From contig JAIXSA010000018.1 of assembly GCA_027484915.1 (NCBI GenBank), positions 7,059-71,058 of the forward strand: a stretch of DNA of 64,000 nucleotides. The letters are read 5' to 3'. The number at the start of each line of letters is the position of its first letter. The stretch's first letter is position 1. Positions 36,154 to 45,539 of this stretch are shown piece after piece. This DNA comes from Paracoccaceae bacterium. GTDB lineage: Bacteria > Pseudomonadota > Alphaproteobacteria > Rhodobacterales > Rhodobacteraceae. The notes beneath the pieces were generated by a model, which saw nothing but the letters and a program-made list of their open reading frames with translations, had not been told where the DNA came from and did no database searches. The translations under genes and the position numbers were made by a program.

Positions 36154-36978
36154 ATGGACAGGAACTCGAATGACCGCGAGCGTGACGAGTATGGCCGTTT
36201 CAGCAGTGATGATGACCGGGGTGGCAGCTCGTCGCGTGGCGGCGGCCGGTCTTCCTGGCGCTATGACGACGACGACCGCCGCAGCTCGGCCAGCGACCGT
36301 GGCAGCGAGGACCGCGAACGGGACCGTTATGGCCGGTTCACAAGCGACGATGATGACCGGGGCGGACGCTCGTCCTCGGGGCGTTCGTCGGGTGGCCGCA
36401 GCAGCGCCAGCGATGACCGCGAACGCGACCGCAACGGCCGGTTCATGAGCGACGATGACGACCGCCGTTCCTCGTCTGGCCGTGGCCGGTCCTCGTCGCG
36501 CGATGACGACGATGACCGTCGCAGCGGCAGCGGGCGTGGCGGTAGTGACGACCGCGAACGGGATCGTTTCGGTCGGTTCATGAGCGATGATGATGACCGC
36601 CGTTCCTCGTCTGGCCGTGGCCGGTCCTCGTCGCGCGATGATGACGACGACCGCGAGCGGGATCGTTTCGGCCGGTTCATGAGCGATGACGACGACCGCC
36701 GGTCGGGTCGGTCTTCCGGTGGCGGCGACGGTCGCGGCTGGTTCGGCGATTCGCGGGGCCATGCCGAGGCGGCGCGCCGGGGCTGGGAAAACCGCGACGA
36801 CGATGATCGTGGCGGGCGGTCGTCCGGTGGGCGGTCCTCCTCCCGTGACGATGACGACGACCGTCGCGGCGGTTCACGCGCATCTTCGCGCGGGGGCGAT
36901 GACCGCAGCCAGGGTGGCTGGTTCGGGGATTCCGAAGGCCATGCCGAAGCCGCGCGCCGCGGTTGGCGCAACCGCTAA
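36154..36978 (+). CDS. Arg/Asp/Ser-rich repeat hydrophilin
   Basis: Five RERDxxGRFxSDDD units and two [17 protein letters not shown] units; GGAGAG RBS. Confidence 0.8.
   Translation: MDRNSNDRERDEYGRFSSDDDRGGSSSRGGGRSSWRYDDDDRRSSASDRGSEDRERDRYGRFTSDDDDRGGRSSSGRSSGGRSSASDDRERDRNGRFMSDDDDRRSSSGRGRSSSRDDDDDRRSGSGRGGSDDRERDRFGRFMSDDDDRRSSSGRGRSSSRDDDDDRERDRFGRFMSDDDDRRSGRSSGGGDGRGWFGDSRGHAEAARRGWENRDDDDRGGRSSGGRSSSRDDDDDRRGGSRASSRGGDDRSQGGWFGDSEGHAEAARRGWRNR
36439..36653 (+). repeat. Intragenic direct repeat, 80 nt x2 at a 135-nt period
   Basis: 36439-36518 vs 36574-36653 differ at 4 positions, all GAC/GAT synonymous; a partial further copy lies at 36661-36700. Confidence 0.85.
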
Positions 36979-37054
36979 GCGCAACAAGGGGCTGGCCCCG
37001 GCAATTCACGCTGCCGGGGCCAGTCGCCATTTACGCCCGCAATCCCAGGAGCCC

Positions 37055-39157
37055 ATGATGAAGTCGTCCGAAACGCAGTTGCAGAACAGCACCGACGGCG
37101 GTCCCGCCGAAGTCCATCAGACCGTCGAAACCGGTGCCGAGGCGCTGACTACCTCGCAGGGGGTGACGATCTCGGACAACCAGAACAGCCTGACGGCCGG
37201 CGTGCGGGGTCCGACGCTGCTGGAGGACTTTGTCCTGCGTGACAAGATCTTCCACTTCGACCACGAGCGCATCCCGGAGCGCGTGGTCCATGCGCGGGGG
37301 TTCGGGGCGCATGGCACCTTCGAATGCACCCGCGACCTGTCGGACATCACTCGAGCGGCACCGTTCCAAGAGGTGGGCAAGCTGACCGAGACCTTCGTGC
37401 GCTTCTCGACCGTGGCGGGGAACAAGGGGTCCTTCGACCTTGCGCGCGACGTGCGCGGCTTTGCGGTGAAGTTCTACACCGATGAAGGGAACTGGGATCT
37501 GGTCGGCAACAACATCCCGGTGTTCTTCATCCAGGACGCGATGAAGTTCCCCGACCTTGTCCATGCCGTGAAGGACGAGCCGGACCGCGGCTTTCCCCAG
37601 GCGCAATCGGCGCATGACAATTTCTGGGACTATATCTCGCTGACGCCGGAATCGATGCATATGGTGATGTGGCAGATGTCCGACCGCACGATCCCCCGGT
37701 CTTTCCGCACGATGGAGGGCTTCGGGGTCCACACCTTCCGGCTGATCAACGCCGAGGGCGCGTCGACCTTCGTCAAGTTCCACTGGAAGCCGCGGCAGGG
37801 TCTGCAGTCGGTCCTGTGGGACGAGGCAGTGAAGATCAACGGCGCGGACCCCGACCACCACCGCCGCGACCTGTGGGAGGCGCTGACCACGGGTGACCAT
37901 CCGCAATGGGACCTGTGCCTGCAGATGTTCGACCAGGACTTCGCCGACAGCTTCGACTTCGACATCCTGGACCCGACGAAGATCATCCCCGAAGAGCTGA
38001 TCCCGCCGGAACCGGTGGGCACGCTGACGCTGGACCGCGCCGTGGACAACTTCTTCGAGTTCACCGAGCAGGTCGCCTTCTGCACCCAGCACGTGATTCC
38101 GGGCATCGATTTCACCGAGGACCCGCTATTGCAGGGGCGGAACTTTTCCTACCTCGACACGCAGCTCAAGCGGCTGGGCAGTCCGAACTTCAGCCAGCTT
38201 GAGGTCAACCGCCCACGCGGCTGTCCGATGCACAACTTCCAGCAGGACGGGCAGATGCGGAAGGGCAACCGCCGGGGCCGGGTGAACTATGAGCCGAACG
38301 GGTTCGAGGAAGGCCCGCGCGAAGACCCGCTGAAGGGCTATGTCAGCTATGCCGCTCCGGTTGAGGGGGCCAAGGTCCGGATCCGTGCGGAGAGTTTCGC
38401 CGATCACTACAGCCAGGCCCGGCAGTTCTACATCAGCCAGACCGCGGTGGAGCAGGAGCATATCCGCTCGGCGCTGGCTTTCGAGCTGGGCCGGTGCGAG
38501 CAGGCACGGGTCCGGCGTGCCATCGTCGGCCATCTGCGCAACATCGATGAGGATCTGGCACAGGGTTTGGCAGATGGCTTGGGGATGCCCGAACTGCCGC
38601 CCCCCGCAACGGCGGCCCGGCCGACTCGGCAGGACCTGCCAGCCTCGGACGCGCTAAGCATCCTGAAGAATGGCCCCGAAACCTTTGCCGGTCGGGTGCT
38701 GGGCGTGCTGATCGCCGACGGCTTTGACGGCACGCTTCTGGACCGGCTGACCGGCGCGGTGACCGAGGCGGGGGGCAAGGTAAAGCTGATCGCCCCGCGC
38801 ATCTATGGCGCGCGGGACGACCGGGGCGACTTGTGCGAGGCACAGTTTTCGGTCGCGGGCGGGCCGTCGGTCCTGTTCGATGCGGTGGCGGTGCTGATCG
38901 GCCCTGAAGGCGAGGCAGCGCTGGCCGCGATGCCCCAGGCGCAGACCTTCCTGCGCGACGCCTTTGCGCATGGAAAGTTCATCGGCCATGCGATGGCTGA
39001 GAAGCTGTTCGAGGCGGCGGGGCTGCAGGGCAAAGCCGACGACGGCTGCTTCGACCTGGGCCTGGTAGATGATGGCGAGACGGTCGACGCTTTCGTCAGC
39101 CGCTGCGCCAGGCTGCGGCACTGGTCGCGGGACGGATTGGCAAAGGCCGCTCCATAG
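37055..39157 (+). CDS. katE: Large-subunit catalase HPII with C-terminal DJ-1-like domain
   Basis: [48 protein letters not shown]. Confidence 0.96.
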   Translation: MMKSSETQLQNSTDGGPAEVHQTVETGAEALTTSQGVTISDNQNSLTAGVRGPTLLEDFVLRDKIFHFDHERIPERVVHARGFGAHGTFECTRDLSDITRAAPFQEVGKLTETFVRFSTVAGNKGSFDLARDVRGFAVKFYTDEGNWDLVGNNIPVFFIQDAMKFPDLVHAVKDEPDRGFPQAQSAHDNFWDYISLTPESMHMVMWQMSDRTIPRSFRTMEGFGVHTFRLINAEGASTFVKFHWKPRQGLQSVLWDEAVKINGADPDHHRRDLWEALTTGDHPQWDLCLQMFDQDFADSFDFDILDPTKIIPEELIPPEPVGTLTLDRAVDNFFEFTEQVAFCTQHVIPGIDFTEDPLLQGRNFSYLDTQLKRLGSPNFSQLEVNRPRGCPMHNFQQDGQMRKGNRRGRVNYEPNGFEEGPREDPLKGYVSYAAPVEGAKVRIRAESFADHYSQARQFYISQTAVEQEHIRSALAFELGRCEQARVRRAIVGHLRNIDEDLAQGLADGLGMPELPPPATAARPTRQDLPASDALSILKNGPETFAGRVLGVLIADGFDGTLLDRLTGAVTEAGGKVKLIAPRIYGARDDRGDLCEAQFSVAGGPSVLFDAVAVLIGPEGEAALAAMPQAQTFLRDAFAHGKFIGHAMAEKLFEAAGLQGKADDGCFDLGLVDDGETVDAFVSRCARLRHWSRDGLAKAAP

Positions 39158-39182
39158 GCCTGAAGCCTCGCCAGGATGAACC

Positions 39183-39208
39183 AAGGGGCCCGCGGGACGG
39201 GCCCCTTT
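39183..39208 (+). terminator. Intrinsic terminator after katE
   Basis: AAGGGGCCCG-N5-CGGGCCCCTTT. Confidence 0.7.
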
Positions 39209-39263
39209 GCTTTGGGCCTGTGGTGCAGATATGGCACATCCCGCGCGCGGTTCGCCCCTGGCT

Positions 39264-39288
39264 GGAACACCGCCCCGTCCCACAGGTT
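39264..39288 (+). promoter_or_regulatory. EcfG-type promoter
   Basis: GGAAC-N16-GGTT. Confidence 0.7.
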
Positions 39289-39356
39289 GGGTCCATGTGA
39301 CGGCACAGGCGGTGCAGGCCCCGACAGGTCGCCGTCGTTCAGACAGAGGAACCACG

Positions 39357-40184
39357 ATGACGAAATCCCTTGCCCTTGCCGGGGCGAGCTGGCTGGCGCT
39401 TTGCGCGGCCACCGCCACGGCCCAAACCACCATCACCGGCGTCGACGACATCGACGACCGCATCACCGATATCGAAGAGGTCGCCACTGACGAGATCGAA
39501 CGATCTGAGGACCCGCTACGCTATGGCAATCCCGACGACCGCCAGGGCTTTTCCGGATCGGCCTCGCTGGCCTATTCCGGCAAGACCGGGAACAACGAGT
39601 CGCAGGAGCTTAGCCTTAGCACCCGGCTGCGCTATGCCGCCGGACCCTGGGTCCAGACCCTGGGTGTCGCGCTGGACTATGCCGAGGACGACGTGGAGCG
39701 CACCAAGGAAGACGCGCTGATCGTTCATGACGCGAACTACTACTTCAACGACCGGTTCTACGCCTTCATCCTTGGTCGGGCCGAGATCGACGGGCTGGCC
39801 GACACGGCCGACGAGATCGAGACCGACGCCTTCGTCGGCTTCGGGCCGGGCTACCGGATCATCAACCAAGAGGACATGACCTGGCGCGTGCAGGCCGGTC
39901 TTGGCGTCAGCTACCTGCGCGACGGGGTGGGGGACAGCGACACCTCGGAAGGGGTGATCGCCAGCTCGCGGTTCTTCTACCGCTTCTCGCCGGACGTGTT
40001 CATGACCAACGACACCGACGTCCTGCAGGCGAACGACGCGCTGCGGGTCAACAACGACTTTGGTGTCAGCTTCCAGATGACCGACGTGCTGTCGACGCGG
40101 TTGAGCTATCTCACCGACTACAACGAAGCCCGCGCGATCCGGACCGACAACCGGGTCAGCCTGGCCATCGTCTACGGCTTCTGA
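39357..40184 (+). CDS. DUF481 (YdiY-like) outer-membrane beta-barrel protein
   Basis: Signal peptide, GKTGNN, GFGPGYR, WRVQAG.G, C-terminal VYGF. Confidence 0.85.
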   Translation: MTKSLALAGASWLALCAATATAQTTITGVDDIDDRITDIEEVATDEIERSEDPLRYGNPDDRQGFSGSASLAYSGKTGNNESQELSLSTRLRYAAGPWVQTLGVALDYAEDDVERTKEDALIVHDANYYFNDRFYAFILGRAEIDGLADTADEIETDAFVGFGPGYRIINQEDMTWRVQAGLGVSYLRDGVGDSDTSEGVIASSRFFYRFSPDVFMTNDTDVLQANDALRVNNDFGVSFQMTDVLSTRLSYLTDYNEARAIRTDNRVSLAIVYGF

Positions 40185-40218
40185 CCCCGATGGGGGGCGG
40201 CGCTGGTCGCCCCCTTCC

Positions 40219-41898
40219 TCAGGTCGCGGGTGGGGCGATCACCGCAGCGGCCGGGGCGGCCAGGCGGCAGATCAGGCCGAGCGGATGATGGGTGATCTCG
40301 ACCGTGCCGCCAGTCTGCGCCGACAGGGCGTGCCTGATGACCTTGGAGCCGAATCCGGTGCGGTCCGGTTTCGTCACTGGCGGCCCGCCCCGTTCGGTCC
40401 ACAGCAGGGTAAAGACCTCACCCTTCTCGCCGGGCTCCAGGCCCCATTCGATCAGAATGGTCCCGCTCTCGGTGCTGAGCGCGCCGTATTTCACCGCGTT
40501 GGTGGAAAGCTCGTGGATAGACATGCCGATGGCAGTGGCGACATTGCCCTTGACCACAAGGTCCGGCCCCTTCGTCTCGACCCGCCCCTTGTCTTCGCCG
40601 ATGAAGGTTGCGACGCCGTTGGCGATCAGTTCGCGTAGGGGGGTGCTTGTCCACCCTGACTGCTTGAGCAGCCGGTTCGCCTCGCTGATGGCGTTCAGCC
40701 GGTCCGAGAAGACCCGCAAAGCCGCGTCGTTTCCGCCGTTGGCAAAGGTCTGCCGGGCGACGGCCTGGATCGTCGCCAGCAGGTTCTTTTCGCGGTGCTC
40801 CAGCTCATCCCGCATCAGGTCGCGCGCCTCGTCCGCCTTCTGGCGCGCCTCGCGGTTTGTCAGGACTTCGGTCAGGAAGGCATCAAGCGCCGCCCCGGCA
40901 TCGCCGATCTCGCCATTCTCCTCGCTCATCCCGGTGCGGGCCGTGGTCTTGCCGTTGCGCCAGGCGGTGATCGTGTCGATCAGGACCCCGACCGGACGCG
41001 CGATGAAGACGCGGGCGGTGTAGAAGGCCAGGAGCGACGCCAGCGCGGTGCCCAGCAGCGCGAGGCCCAGGCCCTGCAGCGCGACGGTGCGCATCGTCTC
41101 AAGCCCGGCGGAAATCGAGTAGCCGGCGCTGATGTAAAGCCCCGAGGCATTTGCGGCGGGCGGAAAATACCCCAGGATCCGACGGGTTCCGTCCTGGCTG
41201 AGCACCTCCATCGAGCCTGGGCGCGCCTCTTCAAGGTAGGACATGAATTCAGGCCGGATACTGGTTCCGACGAAGGTTTGCGGATCGGGAACCCGTGCCA
41301 GGATGATTCCGCCGCGGTCGACGATGGTCAGCGAATTCCCAGGCGCAAGCGAGCGGCGCTGCAGACGCTGCTCCATCCATTTCAGGTCCAGGTGGGCCAC
41401 CGCTGTACCCGGCGTCCCATTGCCATCCTCGCCAATTTGCAAGACCAGCGGCAGGCGCGGGGCGCCGTTGGCGGTTCGGTGGAACGTGCCTGGCAGTGGC
41501 TTGCCCGAAGTCGCCTGTGCGATCAGCTCGGCCGGGGCCAGGTCCAGGCTGGCCGGAGGAACCGAACTGCAGCGGATGCTGCCGTCCGGGTTCAGGATGT
41601 AAAGCTGGGCGATGAAGTCAACCGCCTTGACCGCATCGGCCAGCAGACCAGAGCAGGCGCTGTCCCCCGTGCGCACGACCGGGGCCGCAGCCAGGGTGCG
41701 CAGGACGCTTTCCAGGCCTGCGAAGGTCTGCTCGACTTCGAGCGAGACCAGTTCTGCGGTCCGCAGGGCATCGCTGTGCAGGTCGGCGGTCCGGTCGCGC
41801 TGAATGGTGATGATGTTGGAGATGGCGATTGCCACCGCGGGCAGGAGGGCCACGGCCGTTACCGCGAACAGGCGTGAAGACAGCGACTTAAGCCGCAC
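40219..41898 (-). CDS. Membrane HWE-family sensor histidine kinase with Cache-like periplasmic domain
   Basis: Two TM helices; ELEHREKNLL (HRxxN), HELSTNAVKYGALS, WTERGGP, GFGS; GTG start at 41898 after GGGAGG. Confidence 0.9.
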   Translation of the reverse strand: MRLKSLSSRLFAVTAVALLPAVAIAISNIITIQRDRTADLHSDALRTAELVSLEVEQTFAGLESVLRTLAAAPVVRTGDSACSGLLADAVKAVDFIAQLYILNPDGSIRCSSVPPASLDLAPAELIAQATSGKPLPGTFHRTANGAPRLPLVLQIGEDGNGTPGTAVAHLDLKWMEQRLQRRSLAPGNSLTIVDRGGIILARVPDPQTFVGTSIRPEFMSYLEEARPGSMEVLSQDGTRRILGYFPPAANASGLYISAGYSISAGLETMRTVALQGLGLALLGTALASLLAFYTARVFIARPVGVLIDTITAWRNGKTTARTGMSEENGEIGDAGAALDAFLTEVLTNREARQKADEARDLMRDELEHREKNLLATIQAVARQTFANGGNDAALRVFSDRLNAISEANRLLKQSGWTSTPLRELIANGVATFIGEDKGRVETKGPDLVVKGNVATAIGMSIHELSTNAVKYGALSTESGTILIEWGLEPGEKGEVFTLLWTERGGPPVTKPDRTGFGSKVIRHALSAQTGGTVEITHHPLGLICRLAAPAAAVIAPPAT

Positions 41899-42182
41899 CC
41901 GACGCCCTCCCCCTTTCGGATATTCCCGTCGGCATCTTCGCAAGTTTCTTGGACCGCACAAGCTAAACTTGGCCATGTGTGGCTTCAATTCGGACAACTG
42001 CCGATTGATCATGAAAGTGCCGTAGCGGCAGCGCGTTTCAAGATTGATGCAAACTTGTGCACTCCGCCCACTTTGGCGTCAGATGCGCGGCTTTGCCCGG
42101 TCCGGCAGGCGGGTGATGCCGGATCGTGAAAGACCCGGACGCGTCAAACCCGTAGCTCTGGGGCAAGCCACGGAAGCCGCGC

Positions 42183-42995
42183 ATGACTGCCAATCCCGCC
42201 ATCCGCCCCGAACGCAGCCACGGCGCTGCCCGCCTGTCCTTTCACCGGACCGGGGCCTGGACGCGTCTGGTGGGGCTGCACCAGTCGGGCTCGGCCAAGG
42301 CCTTCGTGCATCCGACCTCCCGTGGACCCGAGGTTGTATTCCTGAACACCTCGGGCGGGATGACCGGGGGCGACAGACTTGCCTTCGCGCTGACGCTGGA
42401 TGCCGGTTGCCGGGTGACGGCCACCACCCAGACCGCCGAGCGCGCCTACCGCAGCGCCGACGGCGTTGCCAGGGTCACCATCGACCACGAGGTCGGAAAA
42501 GGCGCCCATCTGGACTGGCTGCCGCAGGAGACGATCTTGTTCGACCACTCGGCGCTGGACCGCGCCACGACGATCCATCTTGGCCGCGACGCCTCGTGCC
42601 TGATGGTCGAGGCCGTGGTCCTGGGCCGCGCCGCGATGGGCGAGACGATCCGCGCGCTGGACCTGACCGACCGCCGCCGGGTCCTGCGTGAGGGTGTGCC
42701 GGTCCTGCACGAACCGCTGCGCCTGACGGATGCGGCGCTGACTGCCGGGACGGGCGTGCTGCAGGGTGCGCGGGCCTTTGCTTCGCTGGCCTTCGTCGGA
42801 CAGGGGGCCGAGGCGGCGTTGGGCGCAGTCCGCCGCGCCCTAGACGAGCCGGGGGTGCAGGCGGGCGCTTCGGGCTTTGACGGCAAGTTGACGGTGCGGC
42901 TGATGGCGGCGGATGGCTGGCCGCTGCGGCGGCAGATCCTGCGGGTGCTGGAGGTGCTGCGCGACGGCCCCCTTCCCCGCGTCTGGCAGATGTGA
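42183..42995 (+). CDS. ureD: Urease accessory protein UreD
   Basis: LHQSGSAK, FLNTSGGMTGGD, TTQTAERAYRS, LPRVW. Confidence 0.93.
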   Translation: MTANPAIRPERSHGAARLSFHRTGAWTRLVGLHQSGSAKAFVHPTSRGPEVVFLNTSGGMTGGDRLAFALTLDAGCRVTATTQTAERAYRSADGVARVTIDHEVGKGAHLDWLPQETILFDHSALDRATTIHLGRDASCLMVEAVVLGRAAMGETIRALDLTDRRRVLREGVPVLHEPLRLTDAALTAGTGVLQGARAFASLAFVGQGAEAALGAVRRALDEPGVQAGASGFDGKLTVRLMAADGWPLRRQILRVLEVLRDGPLPRVWQM

Positions 42996-43004
42996 GGGAA
43001 CAAG

Positions 43005-43307
43005 ATGAACCTGACCCCCCGTGAGCGGGAAAAGCTTCTGATCAGCGTGGCGGCCATGGTCGCCCGGGGGCGACTGGCGCGCGGCGTCAAGCTGAACCAC
43101 CCCGAGGCGGTGGCGCTGATCACCGATTTCGTCGTGGAGGGCGCCCGCGATGGCCGCTCGGTCGCCGATCTGATGGAGGCCGGCGCGCATGTCATCCGGG
43201 CCGATCAGTGCATGGAAGGCATCCCCGAGATGATCCATTCCGTCCAGGTCGAGGCGACCTTTCCGGACGGCACGAAGCTTGTCACCGTCCACCATCCGAT
43301 CCGCTGA
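43005..43307 (+). CDS. ureA: Urease gamma subunit
   Basis: [36 protein letters not shown]. Confidence 0.97.
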   Translation: MNLTPREREKLLISVAAMVARGRLARGVKLNHPEAVALITDFVVEGARDGRSVADLMEAGAHVIRADQCMEGIPEMIHSVQVEATFPDGTKLVTVHHPIR

Positions 43308-43313
43308 GGTCCC

Positions 43314-43487
43314 ATGAAAAAGCTTTTCACCGCGCTGTCCCTTGCCCCATCCGTTGCCTTGGCCCATCCCGGCGACCACCACTCCACCGGCCTGCTGCAT
43401 CTGCTGACCGAGGCCGACCACCTTGCGATGATCGCGGCTGCGGTGGCCGTGCTGGGGTATCTGATCTACCGCCGGGTGCGCTCATGA
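43314..43487 (+). CDS. 57-aa HupE/UreJ N-terminus-like membrane microprotein
   Basis: Manual translation [57 protein letters not shown]; ATGA overlap with ureB. Confidence 0.7.
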   Translation: MKKLFTALSLAPSVALAHPGDHHSTGLLHLLTEADHLAMIAAAVAVLGYLIYRRVRS

Positions 43488-43792
43488 TCCCCGGCGAAAT
43501 CCTTGCCGCCGAGGGCGAGATCGAGTTGAACGCGGGTCAGCCCGTCACCGTGCTGATGGTGGCCAACACCGGCGACCGACCGGTCCAGGTCGGCAGCCAT
43601 TACCACTTTGCCGAGACGAACAGCGCATTGTCCTTCGACCGTGACAAGGCGCGCGGCCAGCGGCTGGATATCGCGGCGGGAACGGCGGTTCGGTTCGAGC
43701 CCGGCCAAAGCCGCGAAGTGCGGCTGGTCCCCTTTGGCGGCGCGCGGGTGGTGTACGGCTTCAACCAGAAGGTGATGGGCCCGCTCGGATGA
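43484..43792 (+). CDS. ureB: Urease beta subunit
   Basis: [36 protein letters not shown]. Confidence 0.97.
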   Translation: MIPGEILAAEGEIELNAGQPVTVLMVANTGDRPVQVGSHYHFAETNSALSFDRDKARGQRLDIAAGTAVRFEPGQSREVRLVPFGGARVVYGFNQKVMGPLG

Positions 43793-43855
43793 CGCTTGAC
43801 GCAAGGGCAGTAGCGATAGGACGCTGGACGTTCCAACCAACAGGGAGAACGACCC

Positions 43856-44671
43856 ATGTGTGACGCCTGCCTGATCGAAAACATCAAGTCTTCCATGCTG
43901 TCCCGGCGCGCCCTTTTCACCGGGGCCGCCGCGACCACGGCTGCCGTGATCGCCACCGGCCTGACCACTGCGAAACCTGCGCTGGCGCAAGCTGCGGGGA
44001 AAGTGATCGACCTGACCCACGCCTATGACGGCAGCTTTCCCACGTTCGACGGCAATCCCGGCATCCTGTACGAACCTGCGGTGAAGTTTGCCGACTCGGG
44101 CTATCAGCTCTGGAAGCTGACGATCTACGAACACACCGGCACCCACATCGACGCACCCTTGCACTTCAGCGAGAACGGCACCTCGGTCGCCGACCTGCCG
44201 CCCGAGAAACTGGTCTGTCCGCTTTGCGTGCTGGACCTGACGGCAAAGGCCAAGGATGACCCCAATGTGATGGTCGAGCCTGCGGATATCGAAGCCTGGG
44301 TTTCGGCCAACGGCGCGATTCCGGCGGGCGCTTGCGTCGCCATGAACTCTGGCTGGGCGGCCAAGGTCGGCGATCCGCTTTACCGCAACACGCCGGATGG
44401 CAAGTTCGCCTTCCCCGGCTTTTCCAAAGCCGCGACAGACATGCTGGCCGGGATGGACGTCGCCTGCATCGGGGTGGACACGCTGTCGCTTGACCCCGGC
44501 AACTCGGCCGATTTCGCGGTGCATTTCAGCTGGCTTCCGGGCGGGCGCTTCGGGATCGAGAACATGGCGAACCTTGACCAGTTGCCCGCCACGGGTGCCA
44601 CGGTCTTCATCGGCGCGCCGAAGCACAAGACCGGCACCGGCGGCCCAGCCCGCGTCATGGCGGTGGTGTGA
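43856..44671 (+). CDS. Cyclase/kynurenine formamidase-like metal amidohydrolase with Tat-like signal
   Basis: SRRALF...ALAQA signal; HTGTHIDAPLH (HxGTHxDxPxH), IGVDTLSLD, IENMANL. Confidence 0.88.
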   Translation: MCDACLIENIKSSMLSRRALFTGAAATTAAVIATGLTTAKPALAQAAGKVIDLTHAYDGSFPTFDGNPGILYEPAVKFADSGYQLWKLTIYEHTGTHIDAPLHFSENGTSVADLPPEKLVCPLCVLDLTAKAKDDPNVMVEPADIEAWVSANGAIPAGACVAMNSGWAAKVGDPLYRNTPDGKFAFPGFSKAATDMLAGMDVACIGVDTLSLDPGNSADFAVHFSWLPGGRFGIENMANLDQLPATGATVFIGAPKHKTGTGGPARVMAVV

Positions 44672-45066
44672 TGGCTGTTGTCCCCCTCTTGCGGGACGAG
44701 GAGGCGGGGGCAGATGCCCTCGCCGTCTTCGACGACATCCGGGCGAAGCGGCAGACGGATTATGTGAACAACTTCTGGCGGGCCCTCGCGCATGATCCCG
44801 CCACGCTGAAGGCGACGTGGGACAGGGTGCAGGCCGTCATGGCCCCCGGCGCGCTGGATCCCTTGGTGAAAGAGCTGATCTATGTCGCCGTCTCGACCGC
44901 AAATGGCTGCGACTATTGCGTCCATTCCCACACCGCAGGGGCAAGGGCAAAGGGGATGACGCCCCAGATGCATGGCGAGCTTGTGGCGGTGATCGCACTG
45001 GCCAGCCAGACCAATGCGCTGGCGACGGCGCTGTCGGTTCCGGTGGACGAAAGGTTCCTGGCATGA
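44671..45066 (+). CDS. Carboxymuconolactone decarboxylase/AhpD family protein
   Basis: KELIYVAVS..NGCDYCVHSH (CxxC); TGATG overlap with the cyclase gene. Confidence 0.88.
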   Translation: MAVVPLLRDEEAGADALAVFDDIRAKRQTDYVNNFWRALAHDPATLKATWDRVQAVMAPGALDPLVKELIYVAVSTANGCDYCVHSHTAGARAKGMTPQMHGELVAVIALASQTNALATALSVPVDERFLA

Positions 45067-45206
45067 CCTGTCCTGCGCCCCTTGCTCCAGTCCCGCATGG
45101 ACACCAAGACGTGACCGGCGGGCGCGGCATCTCTGCCAGCATCCGGCGTTACCTCTTTGCCCGCCCCTCGTCCGCCAGCACGGCGGCGGTCGGCAGTTGG
45201 CATTAG
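45063..45206 (+). CDS. Possible 47-aa ORF
   Basis: ATGA overlap with the CMD stop; its TAG overlaps the next RBS (TAGGAG); no recognisable motif. Confidence 0.25.
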   Translation: MTCPAPLAPVPHGHQDVTGGRGISASIRRYLFARPSSASTAAVGSWH

Positions 45207-45215
45207 GAGAACCCC

Positions 45216-45530
45216 ATGTACCCGATGATGACCCCGGCCCAAATGATCAGCCTGTCGCTGAAGACCGGCATGATGCTGATGGAAGCGCAGATGGTGATCG
45301 GCATGCGGCTGATGGGCATGGCGGGCTTCTGGCGCGTTCTGCCCAGCGAGAACACCCGCATGTCGTCCGAGAAGGTTTCAGCCATCAGCCAGTCGGCGGT
45401 CGCCGCCTCGACCGCGATGCTGGCGGGAAGGTCGCCCGTGAAGATCGCCGAGGCCGCCCTGAAGCCGGTCGCCCGCACCACCAAATCCAACGTCAAGCGC
45501 CTGGCCCGCCGCGGGCCGGGAAAGCCCTGA
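45216..45530 (+). CDS. Conserved Rhodobacteraceae Met/Ala-rich hypothetical protein
   Basis: EAQMVIGMRL.GMAG.W....EN.RM..EK...; N(V)KRL; AGGAG RBS. Confidence 0.75.
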   Translation: MYPMMTPAQMISLSLKTGMMLMEAQMVIGMRLMGMAGFWRVLPSENTRMSSEKVSAISQSAVAASTAMLAGRSPVKIAEAALKPVARTTKSNVKRLARRGPGKP

Positions 45531-45539
45531 GAGGTCCCC

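Noticed and set aside
36154-36978. CRISPR-like or non-coding repeat array
   Set aside because: The repeats are in-frame coding units with synonymous variation and no unique spacers; no cas genes are present
17384-41898. Integrative element or prophage status for the stress island
   Set aside because: No integrase, transposase, tRNA target, att-like direct repeat or phage gene was seen; mobility cannot be claimed from this window
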